From an uncultured Nitrospiraceae bacterium (GTDB lineage Bacteria; Nitrospirota; Thermodesulfovibrionia; Thermodesulfovibrionales; Dissulfurispiraceae), in the NCBI GenBank assembly GCA_963727805.1, contig CAVSHF010000003.1:2048001-2112000 (forward strand): a stretch of 64,000 nt of DNA, written 5' to 3'. The notes below the pieces were generated by a model that saw only the letters and a list, made by a program, of their open reading frames with translations, was not told the origin of the DNA and made no database searches. Made by a program: the position numbers and the translations under genes. This document shows, in pieces, positions 30,377-39,842 of this stretch. Within the stretch, counting starts at the first letter, position 1. Each line of letters opens with the position of its first letter.

Positions 30377-31785
30377 GGGTATGCATCAAGGAGGTAGTCA
30401 GCTAGATTGATCTTGTATTTATTGTAATCGAGTGTTTTCTTGACAGTCCTACGATAGTTTCCGTCAGGCCCTTTTTCTGAGAGGTCTATGAGGCTGTTTT
30501 TGACTTTTTTACCATTGTGATCAACGAGCAGCACGATCACCGGTCTTTCGGGATAATCCGAGTTGCCCCGGTATACAACTCCCAGTTCACGTGTATCGAG
30601 CACTACAAGCGTACCAATGGGATAGACCCCCATCATCTTGATGAATATTTTCAGCAGAACCGGGTCGACATGCTTGCCCGCATTGTCGATAAGGATCTGA
30701 AGTGCCACTTCAGGCGATTTCGGGACGCGAGAATATACCCTTGCCGAGGTCATTGCATCAAACCGGTCAGCAATCGTTACTATGTTTGAATAGAGATTGG
30801 TCTGCCCCGGTCGTTTTACTGCGGGATAACCCGACCCGTCGAAGTTAAGATGATGTTCGTATGAGACAACGGCACTCCTTATCGTTACCTGGTCAATTTT
30901 CATGGTATTCAAGATCGTTTTGACTCCCTCAACGGGATGGAGCTTCATTGTCTCCCATTCTTCATCGGTAAAAGGTGTTGCCTTATTCAGAATTTCATCC
31001 GGTATTAGGACCTTTCCGATGTCGTGAAGAAAGGCGGCGATCCCCAGTTCTGATAGTCTTTTTTTATTGAGTCCTAATTTCATGCCGAGGGCGAGAGAAA
31101 GAATACTTACGTTGACTGAATGGTGAAAAGTATATTCATCATAGTCCTTTATCGCCGTCATACTTATCATCATCTGCTCTTCCTGCAGCATGAGATCAAT
31201 CAGTGTATTGACGACCAGCTTAGCCTTCTTTATTTCAATACTCTCTTTTGCTTTTGCCTTACCGGTGACTGCCTTGAACTGGTATATAGCATTGAAATAG
31301 GTCTTTCTCATAACCTGTCGCTTATTGAGGATATTATCTTGCCGCGCATGCTTCAAAGTCCCGATAGCAATCGATTCGATAGTCTCAATTCCTCCCATCA
31401 GAGTGACATAAGGTGAATCGGATGAAAGGCATGAAAAGAAAGCCTTTATAAAGTCCTGCTGGTCACGACGAGAAATCCTGTCAGTATAAGTTATACTGCC
31501 CAGCCCCCGTTTCCGAAATTCGCTGATAAGAAAATCAAAGTTGAGATAGTACTGCACAGCATACCTCACCCTTGCCTGATTGAGATAGAAATATTCGCCC
31601 AGAAGTTCAAGCGTAAGCGTCTTTTCGGAGAGCAGCACCAGATTGACGGCCTCGATAAACGTATCGACAGCCTTGATGACAACCTCATTGTCGATACTGT
31701 ACGTTTGGCCTATCCTGAGCAAAATGGCCAGCCTGTTCACAATATCTTTTGCGTTCTTAATAGCAGAAACGTCTGGTTTATTCAT
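30373..31785 (-). CDS. HD-GYP phosphodiesterase with uncharacterised N-terminal domain
   Basis: DEYTFHHSVNV, LHDIGK, HPVEG, EHHLNFDGSGYP, ADRFDAMTSARVY. Confidence 0.92.
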   Translation of the reverse strand: MNKPDVSAIKNAKDIVNRLAILLRIGQTYSIDNEVVIKAVDTFIEAVNLVLLSEKTLTLELLGEYFYLNQARVRYAVQYYLNFDFLISEFRKRGLGSITYTDRISRRDQQDFIKAFFSCLSSDSPYVTLMGGIETIESIAIGTLKHARQDNILNKRQVMRKTYFNAIYQFKAVTGKAKAKESIEIKKAKLVVNTLIDLMLQEEQMMISMTAIKDYDEYTFHHSVNVSILSLALGMKLGLNKKRLSELGIAAFLHDIGKVLIPDEILNKATPFTDEEWETMKLHPVEGVKTILNTMKIDQVTIRSAVVSYEHHLNFDGSGYPAVKRPGQTNLYSNIVTIADRFDAMTSARVYSRVPKSPEVALQILIDNAGKHVDPVLLKIFIKMMGVYPIGTLVVLDTRELGVVYRGNSDYPERPVIVLLVDHNGKKVKNSLIDLSEKGPDGNYRRTVKKTLDYNKYKINLADYLLDAYP

Positions 31786-33583
31786 GTTTGATCATGTGCA
31801 GGGCTGCAGCAACGTGCTCCCGCAGGAGAGGCTCGGAAGCGTTGCCCAGCTTCTCAAGAAGTGGAAGCGCTTTACTGCTGCCGGCCAATCCGAGATAATG
31901 TGCGGCACATGCCCTAGATTCAATTCTCTTTCTGCTGCTGAAGATATTTTTTTTCTTCAATAAACTGATCATATATTCGTCCACTTCACCATCGTTTAAT
32001 AGTGCCAGGGCTTCGTAGAAAGCTTTCTTTTCCTTAAAGTCCCTTTCCTCAAACACTTTTTCTTTGATTTTAGCTAAGATCGCATCCACGGAGAAAAGCC
32101 TGGCACCCGAACTCTCTTTTGCAATAGTCCCCATGCCCGCTATTGCCGATAGCCTCACTGTTGAATCGCTGTCGTCAAAAGAATCTTTCAGCGCTTGGAG
32201 GGCCTTGACGCTCCTGAAATTGGTCAGAGCCTTCACTACCTCTAGCCTCACTCGAGGATGATCGTGTCTCAACGTCTTAAGAATATCGTCCAAAACAGCG
32301 TTATCGCCAATGTTCCTGAGCACATATACGATGTTCCTCACAACGTACCATGTGGGGTCTTTGAGCCGCTCGACGAGGGCATCCATATTCTCTTTCCCGA
32401 CATGGATAAGTACATTGTTGACCATACGCCGAGCAGATATACTCTGGAGCTGCTGAAGGAGAGACATCAAGAGCTGAACGGCTCCCTTGCCGAGATACTG
32501 TGCATATTCAGTCAATTCTTCCTCATTGATGTCTTTCGCTGAATCCATCATGCGGGCCAGTTGTTCCAGGACTGCGCGAGAGCCACAAAAGGCGAGAACA
32601 TTGTCGGCATGCTCATGTATATTGGACATACCACGAAGGCCCTCATAATTTTCAGATGATATTTCCCGTATCCCCCGGAGTGCCATCAGAACAGACCCGA
32701 AATTATTCCCTCTGAGTGCGTGCATGATCAGGTCTTCAAACGATTTGGCTAGCCCACCAGCCTCTGCGCTGTTACAGGACGCCGCGATTATCTCAATCAG
32801 AATCTCCACGAGCCTGCCATTATTCTCAGTGGAGTCTTTCGCTATTTCGGCCACAATGAATCCTCTCTCGTCAGGCGTTAGCTCTTTGACCGCGGGCGAT
32901 GAGATCTCCTCCCTGTTGATAGCCTCCTGATAGGCACTCAGGAGCTTGCTGTCTTCCCTCTCATCCATCAACCAGATCCCGTCCTCTCCGTCTTCGGCAG
33001 ACATATCCCCTTGCGCTTTGATCCCGGATAGAAACATAGCACCAGTTCCTACTCCCTCCTCTGTCAAGGACTCTGCTACCTTCATTGCTCCTTCGGCATC
33101 CCCTCTGCCCGGTTCACCTCCCAAACTGCTCTGCAGGTCATCACCCTCAAGGAAAGCGATTTCGTCGATGGTAAGCTTGATTTTTTCGAGACCCTTCTCC
33201 CAGACTGAAGAAATGAAGTCACCATTGCTGTCGTCCCGGTCAAAATCCATCCCGGTCAGTTTGAGAAATTCTTCGAGTTCGTTCCTCGGCAGTCCTTCTT
33301 TGAAAGTCAAATCCCTGATACCTTCTTTAAAGAAAAAAAGGGCGAAATTATCCATCTTCCCTGAACTCTGATATACCTGTTCAGAATCAACGAGCATCTC
33401 CGAAGGCGTTATGCGAATGACAAGATCCCCGTATGATAATAGATATTTTTGAACGATAGAAAATGTGTCCTCTATGGCATTTCGATAAAGAATATTATTG
33501 GCCGGGTATATCTGCAGCAGTTTCTTAGCTTTCAAAGCTGCCTTGATAAAGTTTCTAGCAAGATCTATCCGATTATTGTCCAT
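31778..33583 (-). CDS. HEAT-repeat protein with uncharacterised N-terminal domain
   Basis: DPTWYVVRNIVYVL, HPRVRLEVVKAL, DSTVRLSAI repeats; acidic linker; overlaps the HD-GYP start. Confidence 0.85.
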   Translation of the reverse strand: MDNNRIDLARNFIKAALKAKKLLQIYPANNILYRNAIEDTFSIVQKYLLSYGDLVIRITPSEMLVDSEQVYQSSGKMDNFALFFFKEGIRDLTFKEGLPRNELEEFLKLTGMDFDRDDSNGDFISSVWEKGLEKIKLTIDEIAFLEGDDLQSSLGGEPGRGDAEGAMKVAESLTEEGVGTGAMFLSGIKAQGDMSAEDGEDGIWLMDEREDSKLLSAYQEAINREEISSPAVKELTPDERGFIVAEIAKDSTENNGRLVEILIEIIAASCNSAEAGGLAKSFEDLIMHALRGNNFGSVLMALRGIREISSENYEGLRGMSNIHEHADNVLAFCGSRAVLEQLARMMDSAKDINEEELTEYAQYLGKGAVQLLMSLLQQLQSISARRMVNNVLIHVGKENMDALVERLKDPTWYVVRNIVYVLRNIGDNAVLDDILKTLRHDHPRVRLEVVKALTNFRSVKALQALKDSFDDSDSTVRLSAIAGMGTIAKESSGARLFSVDAILAKIKEKVFEERDFKEKKAFYEALALLNDGEVDEYMISLLKKKNIFSSRKRIESRACAAHYLGLAGSSKALPLLEKLGNASEPLLREHVAAALHMIKHE

Positions 33584-33718
33584 TGCTTTTTTCTCACAAG
33601 GATGTGGTTCGCCACTGTATATATACGGTGAACATAGTTATAAACCAATTGTACTCTGAATTCTACTATTGTTTCAATTCAGCTGAATGGGGCAGGAATG
33701 ATTTATGAATAGTATTGG

Positions 33719-35014
33719 CTAGAGATATTTTTCTATTATCCGCAAGGCTTTTTGGGTAGCACCAGCTTTCTTTTCATATAATTCTCTCGCTGCATCGCCC
33801 ATGCTATGCATCACCTTGGGGGAACTGAGCATGTCCTTCACTGTCTTGTAAAGATCAATATTATCGGTTTGGATAGCCGCGCCGTTTCGATAAAATTCAT
33901 CGATAAAGGGGAAATTCTCCATATGCGGCCCGCAGATGATCGCCTTTCCCCAAAAAGCGGGTTCAAGAGGGTTTTGTCCCCCGTGCCCGATAAAGCTCCC
34001 CCCCATAATGGCTATGTCCGCCGCACCATAGATCAATGCAAGTTCACCCATCACGTCAAGGATGATAACCAGTCCATAAGAGCCAGGATCGGAAATTAAA
34101 AAGTCTTGTGCCTCCGCTCTTTCATCTTTTCGCTCTTCAGCACCGTCCCCCTTAATTTCCGACCGCTTGAGATAGTTGATCCCACGCCTTTTGACAAGGT
34201 CCTCGACTTCTCTGAACCGTTCCGGATGCCGGGGTGCGACTATGAGGGTAAGGCCAGGATAATCCGCAAGCAGTCGGACAAATGCATCCATGACAATATC
34301 TTCTTCGGTGCGATGCGTACTGCCCGCTACGATAACCGGTCGACTCATTCGCCGCGTCCATTGCGGCGCAATAGTCGCAGGACTTGTGTCGAATTTAAAA
34401 TTACCGATCACCCGCACGCTCTTTTCATCGGCCCCGAGAGTTATAATCCTCCGTGCATATTCTTCATCCTGCATGCAGAAAAAAGAGATTTCACGCAACA
34501 CTTTCTCAAAAAAGAAACGCAGTTTCCGGTACCCTTTCCCCGACTTATCCGATAACCTCCCGTTCATCAACAGCACCGGGGTACCATGCCTGCTGAAAAA
34601 ACGGATTATAGTGGGCCAGAGTTCAGTCTCCATGATGATAAACAACGAGGGTTTGACAGCGCTATATGCATTAGCAACCGCAAAGGTGATGTCGAAAGGG
34701 ATGTAGATAATCCTTGCGAGTTCTCCGACCTTTTCCCGGGCGACCTTCTGGCCTGTATCGGTAACTGTTGAAAGTACTATCTCTCGGTCGGGATACGATG
34801 CTTTAAGCCCTTTCAATAAAGGGATGGATGCAACTACTTCACCAACTGAAACTGCGTGTATCCAGATTGGCCTATTAGTACTTGAACTGTAGGGTACAAA
34901 ACCGAATCTCTCCCTGAGCCAGCGACTCCTCAATTCCTTTGGGCGCTTAAAATACTGGTAAGGGAGGATACACAGCAGGACTAATCCATATAGTATGTTA
35001 TAAAAAAAATACAT
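33719..35014 (-). CDS. waaA: Kdo transferase
   Basis: WIHAVSVGE, ETELWP, AGSTH, APRHPERF, GGQNPLEPA. Confidence 0.96.
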   Translation of the reverse strand: MYFFYNILYGLVLLCILPYQYFKRPKELRSRWLRERFGFVPYSSSTNRPIWIHAVSVGEVVASIPLLKGLKASYPDREIVLSTVTDTGQKVAREKVGELARIIYIPFDITFAVANAYSAVKPSLFIIMETELWPTIIRFFSRHGTPVLLMNGRLSDKSGKGYRKLRFFFEKVLREISFFCMQDEEYARRIITLGADEKSVRVIGNFKFDTSPATIAPQWTRRMSRPVIVAGSTHRTEEDIVMDAFVRLLADYPGLTLIVAPRHPERFREVEDLVKRRGINYLKRSEIKGDGAEERKDERAEAQDFLISDPGSYGLVIILDVMGELALIYGAADIAIMGGSFIGHGGQNPLEPAFWGKAIICGPHMENFPFIDEFYRNGAAIQTDNIDLYKTVKDMLSSPKVMHSMGDAARELYEKKAGATQKALRIIEKYL

Positions 35015-35041
35015 GACTGTTTTCCCCGATATCTCGTCTGG

Positions 35042-36247
35042 CTATCCCTGGACTAGTTCTCCTATCATCTCCGCAACCCTAACAGAGGCGCTTCGCCCTC
35101 TGTACAATGCCCTGACCTTTAACAATTGTGAAAGCAATTCTTCCCGGTATGGCTGGTTGTCAATAATCTTACTCATTTCGGAGAGGATATTCCCGGTGGA
35201 TGCTTCCTGCTGCAGAAGTTCTTTGATACGAAGACCCGTTTCGTCGGATACCGACTTTTCGAGAAGCAAGTTCACCAAGGAAATGTGATTGACCTTGACG
35301 ATAAGCCTTCCGATTAAAAAGGTCATGGGAGAAAGTTTGTAAATGACTGTCATCGGGACTCCGAGAAAAGCGGCTTGGAGCGTCGAAGTCCCCGACGCAA
35401 TAATGGCAGCATCAGATGCCGCAAGGGTTTCGATGGACATCCCCTGAATTAAACGGCATTCCCTTGGAAGAGGTGATCCTTCAAAAAGCCTTTTGTCAAT
35501 ATTCGGGGCAACCGGGATGACATATTGATAAGCGGGATATTTCTTCTGCAACTCCAAGATAGACTGAGAGAGGACAGGGAGAAGTCTTGATATTTCATGG
35601 CGCCGGCTTCCTGGCATAATGGTGAGAACAGGTCTGGCAGCATTTACTCCTAATTTCCGTTTCATGCGCGCCTTGAGGTCGGGCGAGCCGATGTCCTGAA
35701 GCCCGAAACCTTCCTGTCCGATGCTCTCTCGGATCTCATCCATAACAGGATGGCCTACAAATTCACAGGAAAGTCCAGTCTCACGGTAGACTTCCTCTTC
35801 AAAAGGCAGGATCACCGCCATTTTATCGACGATCCGGCTGATGGTATGAATCCGGCTTTTCCTCCAGGCCCACACCTGTGGACTCACATAGTAGAGGACC
35901 TTTACCCCCTTCTTCTTTGCCTCGGCGGCAAGCCTGAGATTGAAATCAGGATAATCGATCAGTACAAGGACCTGCGGCTTAAACGTGGTGAGTGCTTCAA
36001 CTGCCGTACGGAAAGTATTTTTTAAAGCGCGGTATGTCCTGATCACCTCGACGATCCCGAAGGAACTTGAGATCCTCGACATTAACTCCACTCCTGCGGC
36101 TGCCATGCGATCACCGCCGACGCCAGTAATCCTGGCGCCGGCGAAAGAAGTTTTGACACTCCTGGCGAGAAAGGCGCCGTAAAGCTCTCCTGAGCTTTCC
36201 CCGGCAATGATCATCAGCCTTTGGAGATTTACGTGAGGCATTGACAA
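35042..36247 (-). CDS. lpxB: Lipid-A-disaccharide synthase
   Basis: AGESSGE, IDYPDFN, SPQVWAWR, FVGHP, PGSR, SGT. Confidence 0.96.
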   Translation of the reverse strand: MSMPHVNLQRLMIIAGESSGELYGAFLARSVKTSFAGARITGVGGDRMAAAGVELMSRISSSFGIVEVIRTYRALKNTFRTAVEALTTFKPQVLVLIDYPDFNLRLAAEAKKKGVKVLYYVSPQVWAWRKSRIHTISRIVDKMAVILPFEEEVYRETGLSCEFVGHPVMDEIRESIGQEGFGLQDIGSPDLKARMKRKLGVNAARPVLTIMPGSRRHEISRLLPVLSQSILELQKKYPAYQYVIPVAPNIDKRLFEGSPLPRECRLIQGMSIETLAASDAAIIASGTSTLQAAFLGVPMTVIYKLSPMTFLIGRLIVKVNHISLVNLLLEKSVSDETGLRIKELLQQEASTGNILSEMSKIIDNQPYREELLSQLLKVRALYRGRSASVRVAEMIGELVQG

Positions 36248-37323
36248 ATAGTTTCGGAAATAAGTTGAACGTCTTTTTCGTCCAGCTCAGGATACATCGG
36301 CAGTGAGAGAACCTCCCGAGATACCTGCTCAGTAACCGGAAAATCCCCTTCCTTATGGCGAAGATCTTTCAGCGCCTCCTGCAGATGGAGCGGCATGGGA
36401 TAATAGACTACTGAAGGCAGTTCACGCTCTTTCAGGTAGCGCTGGATGTAGTCCCGCCTATCGCTTCTGATAGTGTACTGGTGATAGACATGCACAGCCC
36501 CTTCCTTTTCTACGGGGCAGGACACCATATCCGAAAGTAGTTGTGTATAGAGGGCCGCCTTTTGACGCCTTTGCGCATTATATTCGTCGATCCTTTTAAG
36601 TTTGATGAGGAGGATGCCGGCCTGAAGCTCATCGAGTCTGCTATTGTACCCGAGGCACTCGTGGCGGTAGCCACCCTTCGAGCCGTGGTTCCTCAATTTC
36701 TTCACCACATCGGCGATCTCGTGATCGTTGAGAATGATCATTCCTCCGTCACCATAGGCCCCTAAATTCTTGCTGGGGTAAAAGCTGAAACAGGCGGCAT
36801 CTCCGAAGCTCCCCGTCTTTTTCCCGTGCAGAGACGCTCCAAAAGACTGAGCACAATCCTCAACAACCTTCAGTCCGCACGCTGTGGCGATCCCCATGAT
36901 CTTCTCCATGTCTGCAGGATGACCGAAGATATGAACCGGCAGGATAGCCTTCGTCTTCTTAGTGATCAATTTTTCGATCGACACCGGGTCGATGTTGAAA
37001 GTGTCGGGTTCGATGTCGGCGAAGACTGGGCGCGCCCCAACATACATTATCGATTCTACGGTCGCAAAAAAAGTAAATGGCGTCGTGATGACCTCGTCTC
37101 CGGGACCAATTCCAAGCGCCCTTAGCGAAAGATGCAGGGCGTCAGTACCTGAAGCGACACCTATGGCTTCATTCATACCATGGTATGCTTTGACTCTCTC
37201 TTCGAGTTCCGCACCTTTCCTGCCGAGAACATATTGGGAACTCTCGAGGACATCATTTATCATCAAGAGGATTTCGTCCTTTATTCCAAGATACTGCTTT
37301 TTAAGATCGAGCATCGGCTTCAT
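36229..37323 (-). CDS. DegT/DnrJ aminotransferase, probable GnnB
   Basis: EDCAQS, SFYPSKNLGAYGDGG, NSRLDELQA; lies between the oxidoreductase and lpxB. Confidence 0.88.
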   Translation of the reverse strand: MKPMLDLKKQYLGIKDEILLMINDVLESSQYVLGRKGAELEERVKAYHGMNEAIGVASGTDALHLSLRALGIGPGDEVITTPFTFFATVESIMYVGARPVFADIEPDTFNIDPVSIEKLITKKTKAILPVHIFGHPADMEKIMGIATACGLKVVEDCAQSFGASLHGKKTGSFGDAACFSFYPSKNLGAYGDGGMIILNDHEIADVVKKLRNHGSKGGYRHECLGYNSRLDELQAGILLIKLKRIDEYNAQRRQKAALYTQLLSDMVSCPVEKEGAVHVYHQYTIRSDRRDYIQRYLKERELPSVVYYPMPLHLQEALKDLRHKEGDFPVTEQVSREVLSLPMYPELDEKDVQLISETICQCLT

Positions 37324-37348
37324 CAAAATTCCACCTTTTGCCGCCATA

Positions 37349-38305
37349 TCAATTCGTTGGCGGCTTTCCTTTCTTTTTATTGACGATCGGTATCCGTTCG
37401 CTTATCTCCATGGCGATCTTCAGTGCGTTCCTTCCATCCGTAGCTGAAACGAGAGGTCTGCGTCTATTCACAATGCACTCAATAAAGTCCTTCAGTTCCT
37501 CCTTCAATGGTTCATGCTTTTCGACATGTACCGATTCGGAGGTTATGCTACCATTTTCTTTCCTAAAGCGCTTTATTTCCATATTCTGATAATCCACAAG
37601 AAGGAATGCATCATCCTGGAAGATCTTGAGCTTTCTCGATTTCTCAAAGGAGAGCCTACTTGCGGTCAGCAGGGCCTGAACGCCATTATCAAACTCAAAC
37701 CATGCCCGCGCCTCATCAATGTTTTCAGTAAGCACCCTTGTAGCAGAGGCCTTAATCTCCTTGACCGCCGGGGTTGCGCCACTGTGAGAAAGGATTGCGA
37801 GGATTATGTCTATATCATGGATCATAAGGTCGAGGGTGATATCAACATCGATGCCCCTGCCGAGAAAGGGCGACAGCCTCTCCGCTTCGAAAAAGACCGG
37901 ATGTGTGATAAGCGGATAGATCGCTAGAACTGCGGGATTGAACCTTTCGAGATGTCCTACCTGTACAATAACCCCTCTTTTCTGTGATTCGGAGATTATT
38001 TCGTCGGCCTCTTCAATAGTGGCGGCAATAGGCTTCTCGATCAGGATATCCTTGCTCGCCTTTATGCAATCCATTGCTATCCTGTGATGCATAGTCGTCG
38101 GTGCCGCTATGCTGAAAGCATCGGCATTGGATATAGCTTCGCGAAAATCGGCAAAAGCCTTTCCTCCGTATTTCATGGCCATCTCTTCGGCCCTCTTCAG
38201 ATCGACATCGACAATGGCGGTGAGCCTCACGCCCTCAAGCTCGGAAAGAATCCGCGCATGATGCTGCCCGAGATACCCAACTCCAATGACACCGATATTA
38301 ATCAT
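37349..38305 (-). CDS. Gfo/Idh/MocA oxidoreductase, probable GnnA
   Basis: GVGYLGQHHAR, EKP, GHLERFNPA, DLMIHDIDI. Confidence 0.88.
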   Translation of the reverse strand: MINIGVIGVGYLGQHHARILSELEGVRLTAIVDVDLKRAEEMAMKYGGKAFADFREAISNADAFSIAAPTTMHHRIAMDCIKASKDILIEKPIAATIEEADEIISESQKRGVIVQVGHLERFNPAVLAIYPLITHPVFFEAERLSPFLGRGIDVDITLDLMIHDIDIILAILSHSGATPAVKEIKASATRVLTENIDEARAWFEFDNGVQALLTASRLSFEKSRKLKIFQDDAFLLVDYQNMEIKRFRKENGSITSESVHVEKHEPLKEELKDFIECIVNRRRPLVSATDGRNALKIAMEISERIPIVNKKKGKPPTN

Positions 38306-38943
38306 ACTAGCCTCCTCGCTTTCAATAACCTTGCCATCACTCTTTCTTTCGCTTTTAGGAAACCTTCGTCACGAAGGATGCCGAGAATCTCCTTCGACGC
38401 AGCCTTCTTAAGAAAATTCTCTCTCGTCTTCTTGTCCACGATCGTTTTTAGTACATCTTTTCGCAGCTTACCGAGAAACAGGAGATAACGGCCGACTTCA
38501 TTACCATAGAGAAGTTCAAGTTCCCTTCTGATCGTTGCGGCCATCGCAGGGCTTGCCCCTCCAGTTGAGACCGCAATCGTCAAAGGCGTGCGATCTACTA
38601 CTGCCGGAACAATAAAGTTGCATAGTTCCGGAATATCGATAACATTCACTAAAAAAGGGGCATCGTGCGATACCGCCCTGTTTACTTTTTCGCTCGAAGT
38701 TGCCGCAATTGCAAGGAAAGCACACGTGAGATCGCCTTTCCTGTAACGTCGCCTTACGTGGCTTATCATCCCCTCAGACTTTAGCCTATCAAGGACAGGG
38801 GTCAGCTCAGGGCTTACCACCCGGACGCATGCACCAGACCGGACGAGCGCTACGACCTTTCTTTCTGCAACCTTACCCCCACCAATAACAATACAGTTCT
38901 TCCCTCTGAGATTCAAAAAGGCTGGATAATAGTAAGGACGCAA
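38302..38943 (-). CDS. Precorrin-2 dehydrogenase/sirohydrochlorin ferrochelatase (CysG N-terminal/SirC type)
   Basis: YYPAFLNL, GGGKVAERK, CNFIVPA, STGGASPA; TTG start 38943 inferred from the GAGGAG SD. Confidence 0.9.
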   Translation of the reverse strand: MRPYYYPAFLNLRGKNCIVIGGGKVAERKVVALVRSGACVRVVSPELTPVLDRLKSEGMISHVRRRYRKGDLTCAFLAIAATSSEKVNRAVSHDAPFLVNVIDIPELCNFIVPAVVDRTPLTIAVSTGGASPAMAATIRRELELLYGNEVGRYLLFLGKLRKDVLKTIVDKKTRENFLKKAASKEILGILRDEGFLKAKERVMARLLKARRLV

Positions 38944-38971
38944 ATCGCAAGACTCCTCGATAATGCTGGAG

Positions 38972-39727
38972 CTAACGGGAAGTGAGCTTCTTTGCCTCTT
39001 TAGCGGCACCGCTCATTGGATATTTTTCGATCACTTTATTAAAAAACTCATTGGCCTTCTCGTCCATTTTGAGCGACTTATATGATTTCCCGAGGATAAG
39101 GAGTGTGTTATCCTCCCTCTTGTAGTCCGGATATTTCTTGAGCAGGCTTTCGAGCCTGCCAATAGCAGCCTGATATGACTCCTTCTTGAAATAGAACTCT
39201 CCGATCATGAAATCGCCGTCGGCGATGATATTCCGTGACCTTTCGATCCTAAGCTCTACTACATCCCTGTACGGGTTTCTCGGATAAACCTGCTTGAGGC
39301 GATTGAACTCCACGAGTGCGTCCCTCGCCGCTCCCGATCCCTTGTCCGGCGACTCGATCTGGGAGTAGTAAGCCATAGCGATCTGGTATTGAGCGTATGA
39401 GGCATACTGGTTGTCGGGATAGAGCTCGATAAATTTCCGGTATTCTACAATCGCGAGATCGGGCTCGCCTTCCTTGATATAGGAGTCGGCAATCTTCAGC
39501 TCCGCGAGCGCGCCGTATTTTTTCTGGGAGTCGCGGTTTTTAACCTCAAGGAGGGTTTTCCGTGCCTGTTCGTATTCCTTTTTGCTTACCAAGGTATCTG
39601 CATTAGTTAGAAATTTTTCCGCGTCGTAAGCCTCGTCAGGCTTGACTGCTTTTTTACCGCAGCCGGCCAGCAACAGAAAAGCAAACATCACTATCATCAA
39701 TATGATAAGAATGAAGAATTTTCTCAT
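38972..39727 (-). CDS. bamD: Outer membrane assembly lipoprotein BamD
   Basis: Lipobox LAGC; TPR motifs AELKIADSY, YRKFIELYP, IGEFYFK. Confidence 0.88.
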   Translation of the reverse strand: MRKFFILIILMIVMFAFLLLAGCGKKAVKPDEAYDAEKFLTNADTLVSKKEYEQARKTLLEVKNRDSQKKYGALAELKIADSYIKEGEPDLAIVEYRKFIELYPDNQYASYAQYQIAMAYYSQIESPDKGSGAARDALVEFNRLKQVYPRNPYRDVVELRIERSRNIIADGDFMIGEFYFKKESYQAAIGRLESLLKKYPDYKREDNTLLILGKSYKSLKMDEKANEFFNKVIEKYPMSGAAKEAKKLTSR

Positions 39728-39734
39728 GGATTTT

Positions 39735-39799
39735 ATTAAAACCTTTAATGCCTTCTTTAGTCAAGGCTTTTGACTTATTTTTGACCTATATTTTAAACT
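39735..39799. promoter_or_regulatory. Back-to-back sigma70 promoters
   Basis: AGTCAA-N5-TTGACT (39759-39775) gives TTGACT on both strands, each 18 nt from a -10-like hexamer (TTTAAT, TAAACT). Confidence 0.5.
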
Positions 39800-39842
39800 G
39801 AAGTTTACATTTCTGAGATCAATCAGGGGGTACATCAAATCA

